From NCBI GenBank assembly GCA_951406725.2, contig OX597816.1:39990001-40054000 (forward strand): a DNA stretch of 64,000 bases, written 5' to 3'. The position numbers were made by a program, and so were the translations under genes. Source of the DNA: Octopus vulgaris (Eukaryota). This document shows, one piece after another, positions 1 through 12,900 of the stretch. The notes under the pieces were generated by a model. The model ran no database searches and was not told the origin of the DNA. It saw nothing but the letters and a program-made list of their open reading frames with translations. Every line of letters starts with the position of its first letter. Positions within the stretch are counted from its first letter, which is position 1.

Positions 1-162
1 AAAATGCAAAATAAAACCTCAGTAGTTGTATTTGTTATCTTTAAAATCAAAGATATAAAAGTTTTGGAAATTCTCGGCATGAAACATTTCAACCAAAATA
101 TATGGTTTGTATGGTCATGGTGAATAATCTCTCTCTCTCTATATATATATATGTGCGCAAGC

Positions 163-480
163 AGCGCATGGCTCAGTGGTTAGGGCGTCAAGCTTACAGT
201 CGTGAGATTGTGAGTTTGAATCCCGGACCGGGCTGCATGTTGTGTTCTTGAGCAAGACAGTTTATTTCACGTTGCTCCAGTTCAATGAATTGCGACGTCA
301 CAGGTGCCAAGCTGTATCGGCCTTTGCCTTTCCCTTGGATAACATCGGTGGTGTGGAGAGGGGAGGCCGGTATGCATGGGTGACTGCTGGTCTTCCATAA
401 AACAACCTTGCCCAGACTTGTGCCTGGGAGGGTAACTTTCTAGGTGCAATCCCATGGTCAGCTATGACCGAAGGGGGTCT
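163..480 (+). mobile_element. tRNA-derived SINE, family G
   Basis: A-box TGGCTCAGTGG and B-box-like GAGTTTGAATCCC; the same body occurs in reverse at ~34350-34600. Confidence 0.7.
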
Positions 481-708
481 CAGCATGCACAAGTGCGGCT
501 GTGTGGTAAGCATGCTTCACAACCGCATGGTTACAGGCTCAGTCCTACGGTTTGGTGCCTTGGGAAAGTGTCTTCTACTATAGCCTCAAGCTGATCAAAG
601 CCTTGTGAGTGGATCTGGTAGACAGAAAGTGAAAGAAGCTTGTTGTGTATGTGTGTCTTAAAATGAATAAAAAAGTGCCAGTTATGCTACTTTATACTGA
701 AGTATAGT

Positions 709-1116
709 CTTTTACTTGTTTCAGTCATTTGACTGCAGCCATGCTGGAGCACTGCCTTTAGTCGAGCAAATAGACCCCAGGACTTATTCTTTGTAAGCCT
801 AGTACTTACTCTATTGGTCTCTTCTGCTGAACTGCAAAGTTATGGGGATGTAATCACACCAGCATTGGTTGTCAAGCATTGTTGGGTGGGGGGAAACAAA
901 CACAGACACACAAATATATACACATACCTACATATATATATATGTATATATATATATATGACAGGCTTCTTTCAGTTTTCGTCTACCAAATCCACTCACA
1001 AGGCTTTGGTTGGCATGAAGCTATAGTAGAAGACACTTGCCCAAGGTGCCACGCAGTGGGACTGAACCCAGAATTGTGTGGTTGGTAAGCAAGCTACCTG
1101 CCACACATCCACTCCT
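709..1116 (-). mobile_element. SINE family A copy (tRNA head, internal (TA)n(TG)n, ...GAAACAAGTAAAAGA tail)
   Basis: Homologous to the full copy at 57647-58119. Confidence 0.85.
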
Positions 1117-1339
1117 GTTCATAAATATAAGTCGAGGAAGAGAGATAAAGAGGAAAGAAAGCAGAGAGCAAAAAGAAGTCATAAAGAAACAAACAAAAAA
1201 ACCAATAAACTTTCAACATTGTCTAATCAATTTAATAATTATAATAATTTTCTTCATATTTTTTTTTCTTGTTCCTCAAACGAACAAATGTGATTCTGAT
1301 TAAAGCACATACATAAAAAAAAAAAAATGGACATTTGAA

Positions 1340-1345
1340 TTTATT
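1340..1345 (-). terminator. Candidate polyadenylation signal (AATAAA) of ATP6V1H
   Basis: AATAAA on the minus strand followed by a T-rich tract, near the end of the non-SINE sequence 3' of the stop. Other AATAAA candidates exist (e.g. ~2192, ~2392). Confidence 0.35.
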
Positions 1346-1952
1346 TTATAAATTTTTTGATTTTCATGTTTAAAAAAAAAAAAAAAAAATCAGATTTTAA
1401 AACAATTCAAAGTAAAAAATTAAAACAGCAAATTTATTTAGCGGTAATCAATGTCTTGAGGAGAGGGAATGAACAACAAATAAAAAAGCAATCTAGAATG
1501 CTCCATGAAGAATTTTTTTTCAAATCCTCAATTTTGACTGCCATAGATTTTGCAGTTTTAATCAGACATTGAAGATGCACTGTTTTAATCTTAGTTTCAG
1601 GTAAATACTACTAAAACTAATAATGATAATAATAGAGAAATGGAATGCAAGTAACTACAATAGTTATCATCACCATCACCACACCAACTACGGAAAAGGC
1701 TGGAAACAATAACATCATCAACATCATCTTCATCATCACCACCGTTATCCTCTAACAATTCTAATAATAACAGTTTAAATAACAGAACAATAAACAACCC
1801 TTTTCTTCCATATTTTCCATTTTTTTTTGCTTTGAATATATTTTTTTCCTTTAAAAACCTCTCTGAGATAACTTCCGTTCATTTTTTTTTTTTGCTTTAA
1901 ATCTTTCTATTACTCTGCAGGAAAACAGACCTCTCTCTTTGAAATAATTTCA

Positions 1953-2006
<54 letters not shown>

Positions 2007-2422
2007 AGATGGTAGATGTGTATTTTCATGTTAGAGTGTCTTTCTGGTGTTAATTTAGACCCTAAAGACATCAGTTTTAAAACCAAATTGCAAAGAAATG
2101 AAATCCACCCACTAAAGAAGCAAAGTATTTCATTTTCCATAGTCATTCAAATTTTATAAATTGTCTTTGACAGTTAAAAACCAAGTTATCTTTTATTGTA
2201 TTTTGAAACTATTGTACGAACATACATATTTACCATTATTATATACATTCATGTACACCCACCCACCCACCTACCCCCCCCCACACACACACATACATAC
2301 ATATATTTTATCTACATATACACACATTCAATTTTTTTTGATGTACATGATGTATTTTGAAAGAGGCTCATCCTGCTGCTTGATTAAAGCTTTTATTGCA
2401 AAAGCTAATCAGCTATAATTGT

Positions 2423-2498
2423 TTAACCCTTCACTGCAGCCATTCCAGGCTGTGATGACACCGGTTCTCTTCCTTCAAGTTGTTTGCCAAGGTATTCC
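2423..2498 (-). CDS. ATP6V1H: ATP6V1H coding exon 14, terminal ([24 protein letters not shown])
   Basis: attttcag| acceptor; completes W-EYLGKQL; TAA stop at 2423-2425. Confidence 0.93.
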
Positions 2499-2527
2499 CT
2501 GAAAATTAAAAGACAAAGAACTATGTC

Positions 2528-2563
<36 letters not shown>

Positions 2564-5500
2564 TATTTCTTTACTACCCACACGGGGCTAAAACACAGAG
2601 GGGACAAACAAGGACAGACAAACGGATTAAGTCGATTACATCGAACCCAGTGCGTAACTGGTACTTAATTTGTTGACCCCGAAAGGATGAAAGGCAAAGT
2701 CAACCTTGGCGGAATTTGAACTCAGATTGCAGCAGCGGACGAAATACCTATTTCTTTACTACTCATAAGGGGCTAAACACAGAGAGGACAAACAAGGACA
2801 GACAAACGGATTAAGTCGATTACATCAACCCCAGTGCGTAACTGGTACTTAATTTGTCGACCCCGAAAAGATGAAAGGCAAAGTCGACCTCGGCGGAATT
2901 TGAACTCAGAACGTAACGGCAGACGAAATACGGCTACGCATTTCGCCCGGCGTGCTAACGTTGCCAATAATAATAATAATAATACTTTCAACTACAGACA
3001 CAAGGTCCCAAATTTCTGGGGAGGGGACTAGTCAATTGCATCAATCCCAGTTGTTTTACTGGTACTTAATTTATTGACCCCGAAAGGATGAAAGGCAAAG
3101 TTGACCTTGGCAGAATTTGAACTCAGAATGTAGAGCGAGATGAAATGCCGTTTTGCATTTCGCCTGGTGTGCTAATGATTCTGCAATAATAATAATAATA
3201 ATAATAATGGTCTCAAATTTTTGCACAAGGCCAGCAATTTCGACCCCCAATGCACAACTGGTACTTATTTTGTTGAGCCTGAAAGGATGAAAAGTAAAGT
3301 TGACATTGGCAGAATTTGAACTCAAAACATAAAGATGGACAAAATGCTGCACTAGGGATTCTGCCAGCTTGCTGCCTAAATAAAATAATGATGAATGTAA
3401 TAATAATAATAATCATCCTTTCTACTATAGGCACAAGGCCTGGAATTTGGTGGGAGAGGGATAATTGATCCCAGTACTCAACCAGTACTTATTTTATTGA
3501 CCCCAAAAAGGAATTTGAAATGTAATAATAATAATAATAAGAGCACTCAGAGTGCAAACCTTCACCAAGGCAACACCAAGTCCTCTCAATGATTAGCCAG
3601 AGATGGTTTTTAAAATGAGAAAATCTGAAATAAACTTGACTGCTCTCACAAACGAGAATACTAAAAATGAACTTGGCCGCTCTCAAAAATTAAGTAAAAA
3701 AAAACAGGAGAAATAATTCAGTATTCTTGTCTGATACTGGATCGATCCCAAAGTCTAATCAGTTTGTGCCAGTCATGAGGCCAAACATTCCTGAAAGTTT
3801 CATCCGAATCCATCCAGTGGTTCTTGAGATATCTTGTCTATGGGCAAACAAACAAACACAACTGGAAACAATACCTCTGCCTTTGCTAGGGTGGAGGTAA
3901 TAATGATAATAGTCCCTTAGTGGCTGACGATATGTGCATCTCTGATCACGAGCAGAAGTAGTGGGGGAGCATCATAGCCATGTGTTGAGAGGGATTCTTT
4001 GGGGTTTGAATAATTTACCTCTGGAAACATGGGTGGTTCTTTCAACATCCTTAAATAACCCTTATTCAGGGACCTTTTGAGCGGGATGGGCTACTCAACC
4101 TGAAGAAAATTCTAACTGAGCCCCACCTGCAAGGTCATGTGCTGTTTATCTAGATATGAGATCACCATGTCGCGCACATATGGTTGTGATGCATGTGCCT
4201 GGGTTGTCATGATGGGTATATTGGGCTTCGTATATTTTACCCCAGTGTCACTTTGATGGCATGAACTACTCTCTCACTCAATAATAATAATATTAATAAT
4301 AATTTGTTTCAAATTTTGGCACATGGCCAGCAATTTTAGAGGAATGCTCAAATGGTACTTATTTTATTAACCCCAAAAGTCAATGTCGGTGGAATTTGAA
4401 CTTAGAACATAAAGACGAAAGACATGGCACTAAGTATTTTGTCTGGCATAGTAATGTTTCTGCCAGCTTGCTGCTTTAATAATAATGATTATAATTACTT
4501 CTAATATTGGTAAAATGTCTGAAGTCTGGGGAAGAGGGTTAGTTGACTAAATCGACCTTAGTACTCAACTGGAGTTGATGTACTTTAATTCATTATCTCC
4601 AGAGGGATGAAAAAAGTAAAGCTGAGCTTAGCAGAATTTGAACTCAGAATATAATGAGTTAGAAGAAATCATTATGCTCCCAGTCAAATTTACTTTTCAT
4701 CCCCTTCCCGGGTCACTAGAATAAAGTACCATTCAAGTACAGGAGTAATAATGATAATAATAATATTAATAACAACAACAACAATAATAATAATAATAAT
4801 AATAATAATAATCCTTTCTACTGAAGGTGTAAGGCCTGAAGTTTGGGGGAAGGAGACTGGTCGATTACATTGATCCCAGTATTTCACTGGTACTTAATTT
4901 ATCAACCTTGGCGGAATTTGAACTCAGAACATGAAGATGGATGGAATACCACTAAGCATTTTGCCAAGCACACCAACGATTCTGTCAGTTTGCGGCGGCG
5001 GCGACGACGACGAACTGTTCTTATTCTTAAGCCATTTGCTTCTTCTTAGCTTATTGTTACTACAATGACTTATTTTCAACTAGCAAGCTGCATATCAATT
5101 CTGACCGATTCCACCCAAAGCACCATCTCTTTTCCTTATCCCTACTCTATTTCATTCACATCTAAATACTATACTAAATATTTTGCTCATTCATAGGTGT
5201 TAGGAAGGGCAGCATCTAGCTGTAGAAACTCTGCAAGATCAAGATTGAAGCCAGGTGCAGCCATCTGGTTCGCCAGCCCTCAGTGAAATCGTTCAACCCA
5301 TGCTAGCATGGAAAGCGGACGTTAAACGATGATGATTTCTCTCCAGTGTCACACTGATTTTTCAGATAGACTCAAACGCAAACAGACTGACACACATATG
5401 CCTGTACATGCACACACACAATGGACTAGCTTCAGTTTCTGTCTATCAAATCCACTTAGAAAGCTTTGCTCAGCCCAAGGGTATAGTAGAAGAGACTTGC

Positions 5501-8500
5501 CCAAATTGTAGCACAGTGGGGCTAAATTTGAAACCGAACTTCTTATCCATGTAGCCAAATTTGTGTCTGGCTCAAAACCCACTGGGGCCGAATTTGCTTT
5601 CCATTATCCCAAGTTGAGGTTCAGCAGGGAAGAAGCAACAGAAGGATGCCCCTACCTTAGAAGGGGACGACACACCACAACGATTGACATTACTTAAAAC
5701 CATGTAAATCAGTAACAGTACATCATTTTAATCTTACAGCAATTGTGTTTTATACAGAACTGCACATGGTTGTCTTAACTGAGATAATGATAATATGAGA
5801 AAGAGAGCTCTTGCTCCACTACCTACCAGTTGTGTACCATCAGTTTTTGGACAGCTATGAGGGCTTCGTAACGAACATTCGGATCTTCATGTGTGAGGTA
5901 TTGCATCACAAGCTGTTTGGCACCAAGTTTTTCAATCACACTGCAAAAGAAAAGGGTAATATTACCACTTAAAAAAAACGCAAATAAACAACAAATAAGA
6001 GATCCCTTAATTGGAGAACAGATAAGGGCTAGCAACAGGGGGATGAGGACACATCTGGGTGTAAAAAACCCCCCAAAAAACAGAGATCCCTTAATTGGAG
6101 AACAGATAACGGCTAGCAACAGGGGGATGAGGACACATCTGGGTGTAAAACCCCCCCCAAAAAACATCCTTTAATTGGAGAACAGATAAGGGCTAGCAAC
6201 AGGGGGATGAGGACACATCTGGGTGTAAAAAAAACCCAAAAAAACATTTGAATAAATATGATAGTGTTCTTACTATTTACGTCTAGAAGACACCCAATGT
6301 GCTGTGCAGTGGATCTGAACCCAAAACCATGTGCTTACAAAGCATATTTCTTAACTAAACAGCCATTCCTGTACCTATACATGCATGTGTGTGCGTGTGC
6401 GTGTGTGTGTGTGCATGCAAGGATGGTGAAATTAGTTGGGTGTATTTTCGGATATTATCTAATGTCAAGGTCAGCCTTGCATTTCCTTTCCCCAAGGCAG
6501 CTGACAACAAAATAAAAACAAAACCTTTGAAGACGGTGCCTCATTATAGTTGCAGACCAGTGACTGAAATCAGTAATACGAAATATCTAATTCATCAGCA
6601 CCATTTTTAGTCTCTCTCTGTTCTGTATATGTCACTTCTGATTGCTCACAGGCAATTTTCAACATGTGCATCACCCTGATCAATTAGAGAGATTTGGAAG
6701 CAAGGTCACAGCAAAATACCATGTGATATTTAGTTGTGTCCTGAATTCAAATCCTACTGAGTTTTGATAAAAATAATTTCCCCACAAAAATCTGAGGTTT
6801 TGTCTCCATGTTAGATGCCATTGTTATTATCATACTTTTTCATTTCACAGCATGGATACAGAATACAAGGTTTTACTGTTTTTGTTGTTGTTATTTGTTT
6901 TTTTATCATTTCTGTATATGTAAACCCCAACATTTTATTATCTGTCTTTGTACTGTTCCCCTCATCCGTTGTCAACCCCCAAAAAAATAAATAAAAGAAA
7001 TCATTATTATTATCGAGCTGGCTGAATTGTTAGCATGCCGGGCTAAATGCTTAGTGGTATTTTGTCTGTCTTTACATTCTGAGTTCAAATTCTGCTGAGG
7101 TTGACTTTACCTTTCATCCTCTCGGGGTTGATAAAATAAGTACCAGTTGAACACTGGGGTTGATGTAATTGACTTACTCCCACCCCCCAAAATTGCTGGC
7201 CTTGTGCCATAATTTGAAACCATTATTATTATTATCATCATCATTATTATAAACACTGCACAGTATATAATATCAGGAGGTTGTTGACTGAAGATATTGT
7301 GTCTACTGGGGTGGGGGAGTGGGTGTTTGTACTGTTTGTCAAGTCACAACAAGGACCTCAGACAGACAGTACTATATGCAATATGTATGCAGTTCCAAGT
7401 AATGCTGACTTTCGCAATACACCTAGATTGTAGGGTATTTCTAAAGTTTTAGATTTATCTTCAGGTTGGGTGGTATTGAACCCAATGCTCCAACGACAAT
7501 AGGGATAACCTTAATGTTCGACTCTCATAGCTGTCACATCTTAGCGATCTCAATTCTCAGGTCCCCCATATTTATCAACCTTTTCTCTTTCTTTCATGAT
7601 GATATGTTGATCTCCTGGCACTGTCACGTCGATTATTAGGCACTCTTGTTTGTCCCTCCTAAAGGTTACTATATCTGGCCTTTGGTGCTCTAATACCTTG
7701 TCTGTCTGGAAATCAGTCCCAGAGGATTTTTGCCTTCCTCTCTTCTGGTGTACGTTGGTACCAAGCACCTGTAACCTCGTATCCATACATATTGGCATAG
7801 TAGCCAGTGAAGTTTTGGGCTACCTTGTTGTGTCTGTGCTTGTACTCATTCTGCACAAGACTTTCACAAGCACTAACAATGTGAGTCATGCTTTTGACTC
7901 TCTTCCCACACATTCTGCAGAGGTCCGTTGCACTTGTGTGGTATATATTCTTTCTCACTGAGTTGGTATTCAATGCCTGGTCCTATGCAGCTATGATTAT
8001 GCTTTCAGTATTCTTTTTCAGGTCATCATTATTATTGTTATTATTATCAAAATAGTACTATACTATTTTGAAGGTATCAGAGCAGTTAGCATGTTGAACA
8101 AAATGCATAGTGGCATTTCTTTTATGTTCTGAGTTCAAATTCTGTTGAAGTTGACTTTGCTTTCATCCTTTCAGGGTTGATAAAATAAGTACCAGTAGAG
8201 CACAGGAGTAAATGTAATTAACTACAATTTCAGGCCTTGTGCTTATAGTAGAAAGGTTAATAATAATAATAATAATAATCATCATCGTTTAACGTCCGTT
8301 CTCCATGCTAGCATGGGTTGGACGGTTCGACCGGGGATCTGGGAAGCCAGAAGGCTGCACCAGGCTCCGGTCTTATCTGTCAACGTTTCTACAGCTGGAT
8401 GCCCTTCCTAACGCCAACCGCTCCGTGAGTGTAGTGGGTGCTTTTTACGTGCCACCTGCACTGGTGCCAGGCGAGGCTGGCATCGGCCACGGTCGGATTG

Positions 8501-9913
8501 GTGCATTTTATGGAAGCCAGTTGAGGCGGCACTGGCTTCGGCTACGATTCGGCTGGTGCTTTTTACGTGCCACCGACACGGAAGCCAGTCAAGGCAGTGC
8601 TGGCATCGGCCACAATTCGGATGGTGCATTTTATGGAAGCAAGTCGAGGCGACACTGGCTTCGGCTACGATTCGGATGGTGCTTTTTACGATTATTATTA
8701 TTATCATCATCAAAGGCAGTGAGCTGACAGAAGCATTAACATGCCAGACAAAATACTCAGTGGTATTTCATCCAACTTTACATTCTGAGTTCAAATTCCA
8801 CTGAGGCTGACTAACTTGTCATCCTTTTGGAGTCGATAAAATAAGTAGCAGTTGAACACTGTGGTCAATGTAATCGATTTGCCTCGCTGAAAAATCGCTA
8901 GTTTTGAGCCAAAATTAGAAACCATTATTACAGGTGGCAAGCTGGTTGTGTTGTTAGTACATCAGGCAAAATTCATAGCAACATTTCTTCTGGTTTTTAT
9001 GTTCTGAGTTCAAATGCTACTGAGGTTGCCTTCTATCCATTCAGGGTCAATAAAGTAAGTACCAGTTAGGTAGTGGGGGTTGATGTATTCAACTTGCGGT
9101 CTTGTGATAAACTATTATTATCATTAAGGAAAAGGCCGTTGAGCTAGCAGAAACGTTAGCATGACAAAATGCTTGACAGAATTTTGATGCCGTCGAGAGG
9201 TAGGCCCTGAAACGGCGCGCATTCTATCCTGATGACCCCATACACTTGCTGGCTTCCGGTATACGGAGCTTTTGACTGGTAGCACTTGCATGTGCAAGTT
9301 GTTTGCAAGACATGTTTTTACATTCTGAGTTCAAATTTCACCAAGGTTGACTTTGTCTCTTTCATCCTTTCGGGACTGCTGAGCTCTAGAGTCGATATAA
9401 TCAACTAAAACTTTCCCATCAAATTTCAGGCATTGTGTCTGTAGTAGAAAGGATTATTATTATTATTATTAAGGGTGGTGTACAGCCAGACTCATCAGAG
9501 TGTTGGAAAAAGTACCTTGCTGTATCTATTCTCGTTCTTTATATTCTGAGTTTAAATCACTTTGAAGTCAACTTCACTGTCCATCTATTTGAGGTCAATA
9601 AAATGAAATGGCAGTTAAGTATGGGGTGTGTGGGAGAGGGGAGTCAGTGGTATTGAGTCAACTCCTCAGTTCAAAAAATGCTGGCCTTATTACTGAAATT
9701 AAAAATCCTCCTAATATAGTAATTAAAGAAAAAAAAAAAGGCATAAGCAAGGCTGTGTGGTTATAGAGATTGCTTTGGAACTATGTAGTTTTAGGTTCAT
9801 TAACACTGAACAACACCTTGGGTTAGTATCTTTTACTATAGCTCTGAGCTGAACAATGTGAGTGGATTTGATAAAAGGAAACTGTGTAGAAGCCCATTGT
9901 GTGTATATGTGTG

Positions 9914-9949
<36 letters not shown>

Positions 9950-12900
9950 TATTCCTGCCCCCTTGCTTTGACAAGTTTTTGTTAATGTTCCAGTAACTTA
10001 GCAGTTTGGCAAAAAAATCTGATAGAATAAATACTAGACTTAAAAAACAAGCACAGGGGTTGATTTACTTTGAAACAAGTCAAAGAAAAAAAATAAAGAG
10101 AAATAACAAAAAAAAAAAAAGAAGAAATCTGATATGAAAATTAAAAATACATCGATTCTCTGAATCATTAAGAAATAACTTACTTCTTCCCTCGGGGGTA
10201 GTAGCGCACGTATTCACCAAAGTCATGAGCTGCTACTGAGAGAATAAGTGGATCCTTGCTGCTTTCAAGTAATCGAACTAAGATTCTGGAAACACAAAAA
10301 TAAAGGAATTATTATTAGAAATAGTGAGAAAGAAATAGGAACATTTTGAAAATCTCAGTAAGAGATGAAAGCAGTAGCTGTACCAAGAAGCAATGTCCAA
10401 TGCCACTCAAACATGATTGCTCTGTAGGAACCAACACTACTGCCATGTTTAAGTGGCAATAGTCATTAATATGAACATTACATTTCAAAATGGTTTTGGT
10501 CAAGCAGCGTCGCCTTACTGGCACGTGAACAAAACATTCGAGTGAGGTTGTTACCAGTGCCGCTGGACTGACTCCTGTGCAGGTGGCATGTAAAAAACAC
10601 CATTTTGAGCATGGCTGTTGCCAGTATTGCCAAACTGGCCCCCATGCCGTTGGCACATAGAAGCACCCAATATACTCTTGGAGTGGTTGGCATTAGGAAG
10701 GGCATCCAGCTGTAGAAACTCTGCTAGATCAGATGGCGCAGTCATCTGGTTCGCCAGCCCTCAGTCAAATCGTCCAACCCATGCTAGCATGGAAAGCGGA
10801 CATTAAATGATGATGATATAATTGTTATAGGAAAAGTACTAATTAGTAATAGTGCATCATTCTAGGAAGTAGCCTTGCTTGATGTGAAATGGTCTTTCAG
10901 AAGACAAGAAAATAAAAGGAAGTCCTTCCCGAGCTGTAGACTCATAAGGCTGGTTTCCTGGAATTTTTGGTGGCGTATATATTCCTCACTGGACAGGATA
11001 CCAGTTCATTGCAGGATTATTTATTTTTGCCAGCTGAGCGGAATGGATCGATGTGAAATGAAGTCTGTTGGTCAAGAACACAACGCATTGCCCAGTCCAG
11101 AAATTGAAATCACAATCTTTCGATCATTAGTGCAACACCCTAACCACTAAGCCACATGCCTCCAGGAAATGATCTTCAGCTTATTTCAATAATCTGTTTC
11201 TACTGTTTCCTTCTACCAAATTCACACACTGTTTCCACCTACCAAATGGCTTGGAGTTATAGTAGAAAACATCCATTGTGCTATGCTGTGGAGTTGAACC
11301 ACTAATCATGTGACTGCAAAGCATATTTCTTAACCACACAGCCATGCTATATGTGTGTGTCTGTGTGTGTGTATATATATATATATCATCATCATCATCA
11401 TCATCATCATCGTCATATATATATAATAATATGAGGGAATGTTATTCCAAACTTACAGGGAAAAATTCAATTTAGAAATACTAAATCAAATTTCACAAAA
11501 TATTATATATATATATAAATTAGAAAAACCTCCTTTTATCAATTCAATATTGAAAAATTAAATTATACCATCTAAATTATAGTATTTAGTTTTCACTTAA
11601 TGTATATGTTGTATCTTATATATGTTTTAAATATTTTAATTAATTGTATTGTATTTTTTAAACAAGAATATATTTGTTAAGATATTTCGTAATTTACAAG
11701 ATTATTTACGTATATTTATTAATTTATCTAATTAATTATTTTATTACTGTTATCTTTAACCTGAAGAGTGGCTATATTTATATTGGAGTGATTTTACTAC
11801 TACTACTATTATTTTCACTATTATCATTTTTTAAATATAGCCCACGAAACACGTGTTGTTATTCTACCAAATATATATATGTTTTATTTATTATTTTGCA
11901 CATTACTTAATCATTGTTATATGTTTTATCTTATATTTAATTTTTTTATAATATGTAATTCAATTTTTAATATTGAATTGATAAAAGGTGGGTTTTTTCT
12001 AATTTATATATATATATGGATAAAGGCAATGCTGATGCACTCCCTTTATATACTCAATAATGTGAGTAAGATATTTAGAAGAAATGATAGTAGGAACTTC
12101 ATACAGTGTATTCCATGTAAATAAAGGATGCATGGAAAGACACACAGTAAGATGTCTTTCTGGCAGACTCATATGCACAGGGAAGCAGGACTTGAGATTT
12201 GATAGATGAATAAGGTTACTTAACAGTTGACCTCAGTGAATTTTAACGAAGAATGTAAAGACAGACGAAATGCCGCTAAGCACTTTGTCCAGCATGCCAT
12301 TTTAATGATAAGAAATGGGTTTTAGATTTCCTCCGGCCACAAACAAACTCTACTGTTTTGTTTTCAATCAGTCATACTGAAATAAATTTGGACATCAACG
12401 ACTTGATCTAGAAGCTTGCGACGTAGTTATCTGAAACCGTATAGCTGGCCAAGAAACACATGGATACATGCAATCGTATATGTACAAAACACTCACTTAA
12501 GAAGCTCATAGTTCTTTTCGTTCAGCCTCATTGCATTTTCTCGCCAGAACCGATCAGATCTGTGCACAGGACTCCATTCAAGGCGGCCAGATTTTACTTC
12601 ATTAGAATATTCATCAAATGAACTGAAAACAATATAAATAATGATAAATAGGTGCAAGAGTGGTAGTGTGGTTAATTAGTTTTCCTACACGAAAAATCAT
12701 AGCTTCTGGTGTTTAAATAATATACATATATTAAGTAAATTGTATTGATAGCATTTTTACTACAGAGTGGCTTCTAAAGTATAATTCAAATTCATATATA
12801 TATATAGATATATAGTTTAAATATCTAATACAAGTAAAATCAATGCAAAAAGTACTCCATCCAGTGAGAGATAAATATCAATTTAATTACACAACCAAAA

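Larger units (their letters stand above)
2564..5000 (-). mobile_element. Cluster of ~8 SINE family B copies/fragments separated by (AAT)n, nearly all minus-oriented
   Basis: Repeated CCCCGAAAGGATGAAAGGCAAAGTCGACCTCGGCGGAATTTGAACTCAG blocks. Confidence 0.85.
7015..9700 (+). mobile_element. Cluster of ~6 SINE family B copies, plus-oriented, with (ATT)n tails
   Basis: Repeated CTGAGTTCAAATTC..GAGGTTGACTTT.CCTTTCATCC blocks at ~7015, 8075, 8715, 8932, 9135, 9470. Confidence 0.8.

Noticed and set aside
8305-8727. Recurrent ORFs such as [22 protein letters not shown]
   Set aside because: Translations of non-coding retroposon family C; frames are not conserved among copies
9229-9328. C/D-box snoRNA (TGATGA...CTGA)
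   Set aside because: Antisense to the host gene, and the CTGA belongs to the surrounding SINE
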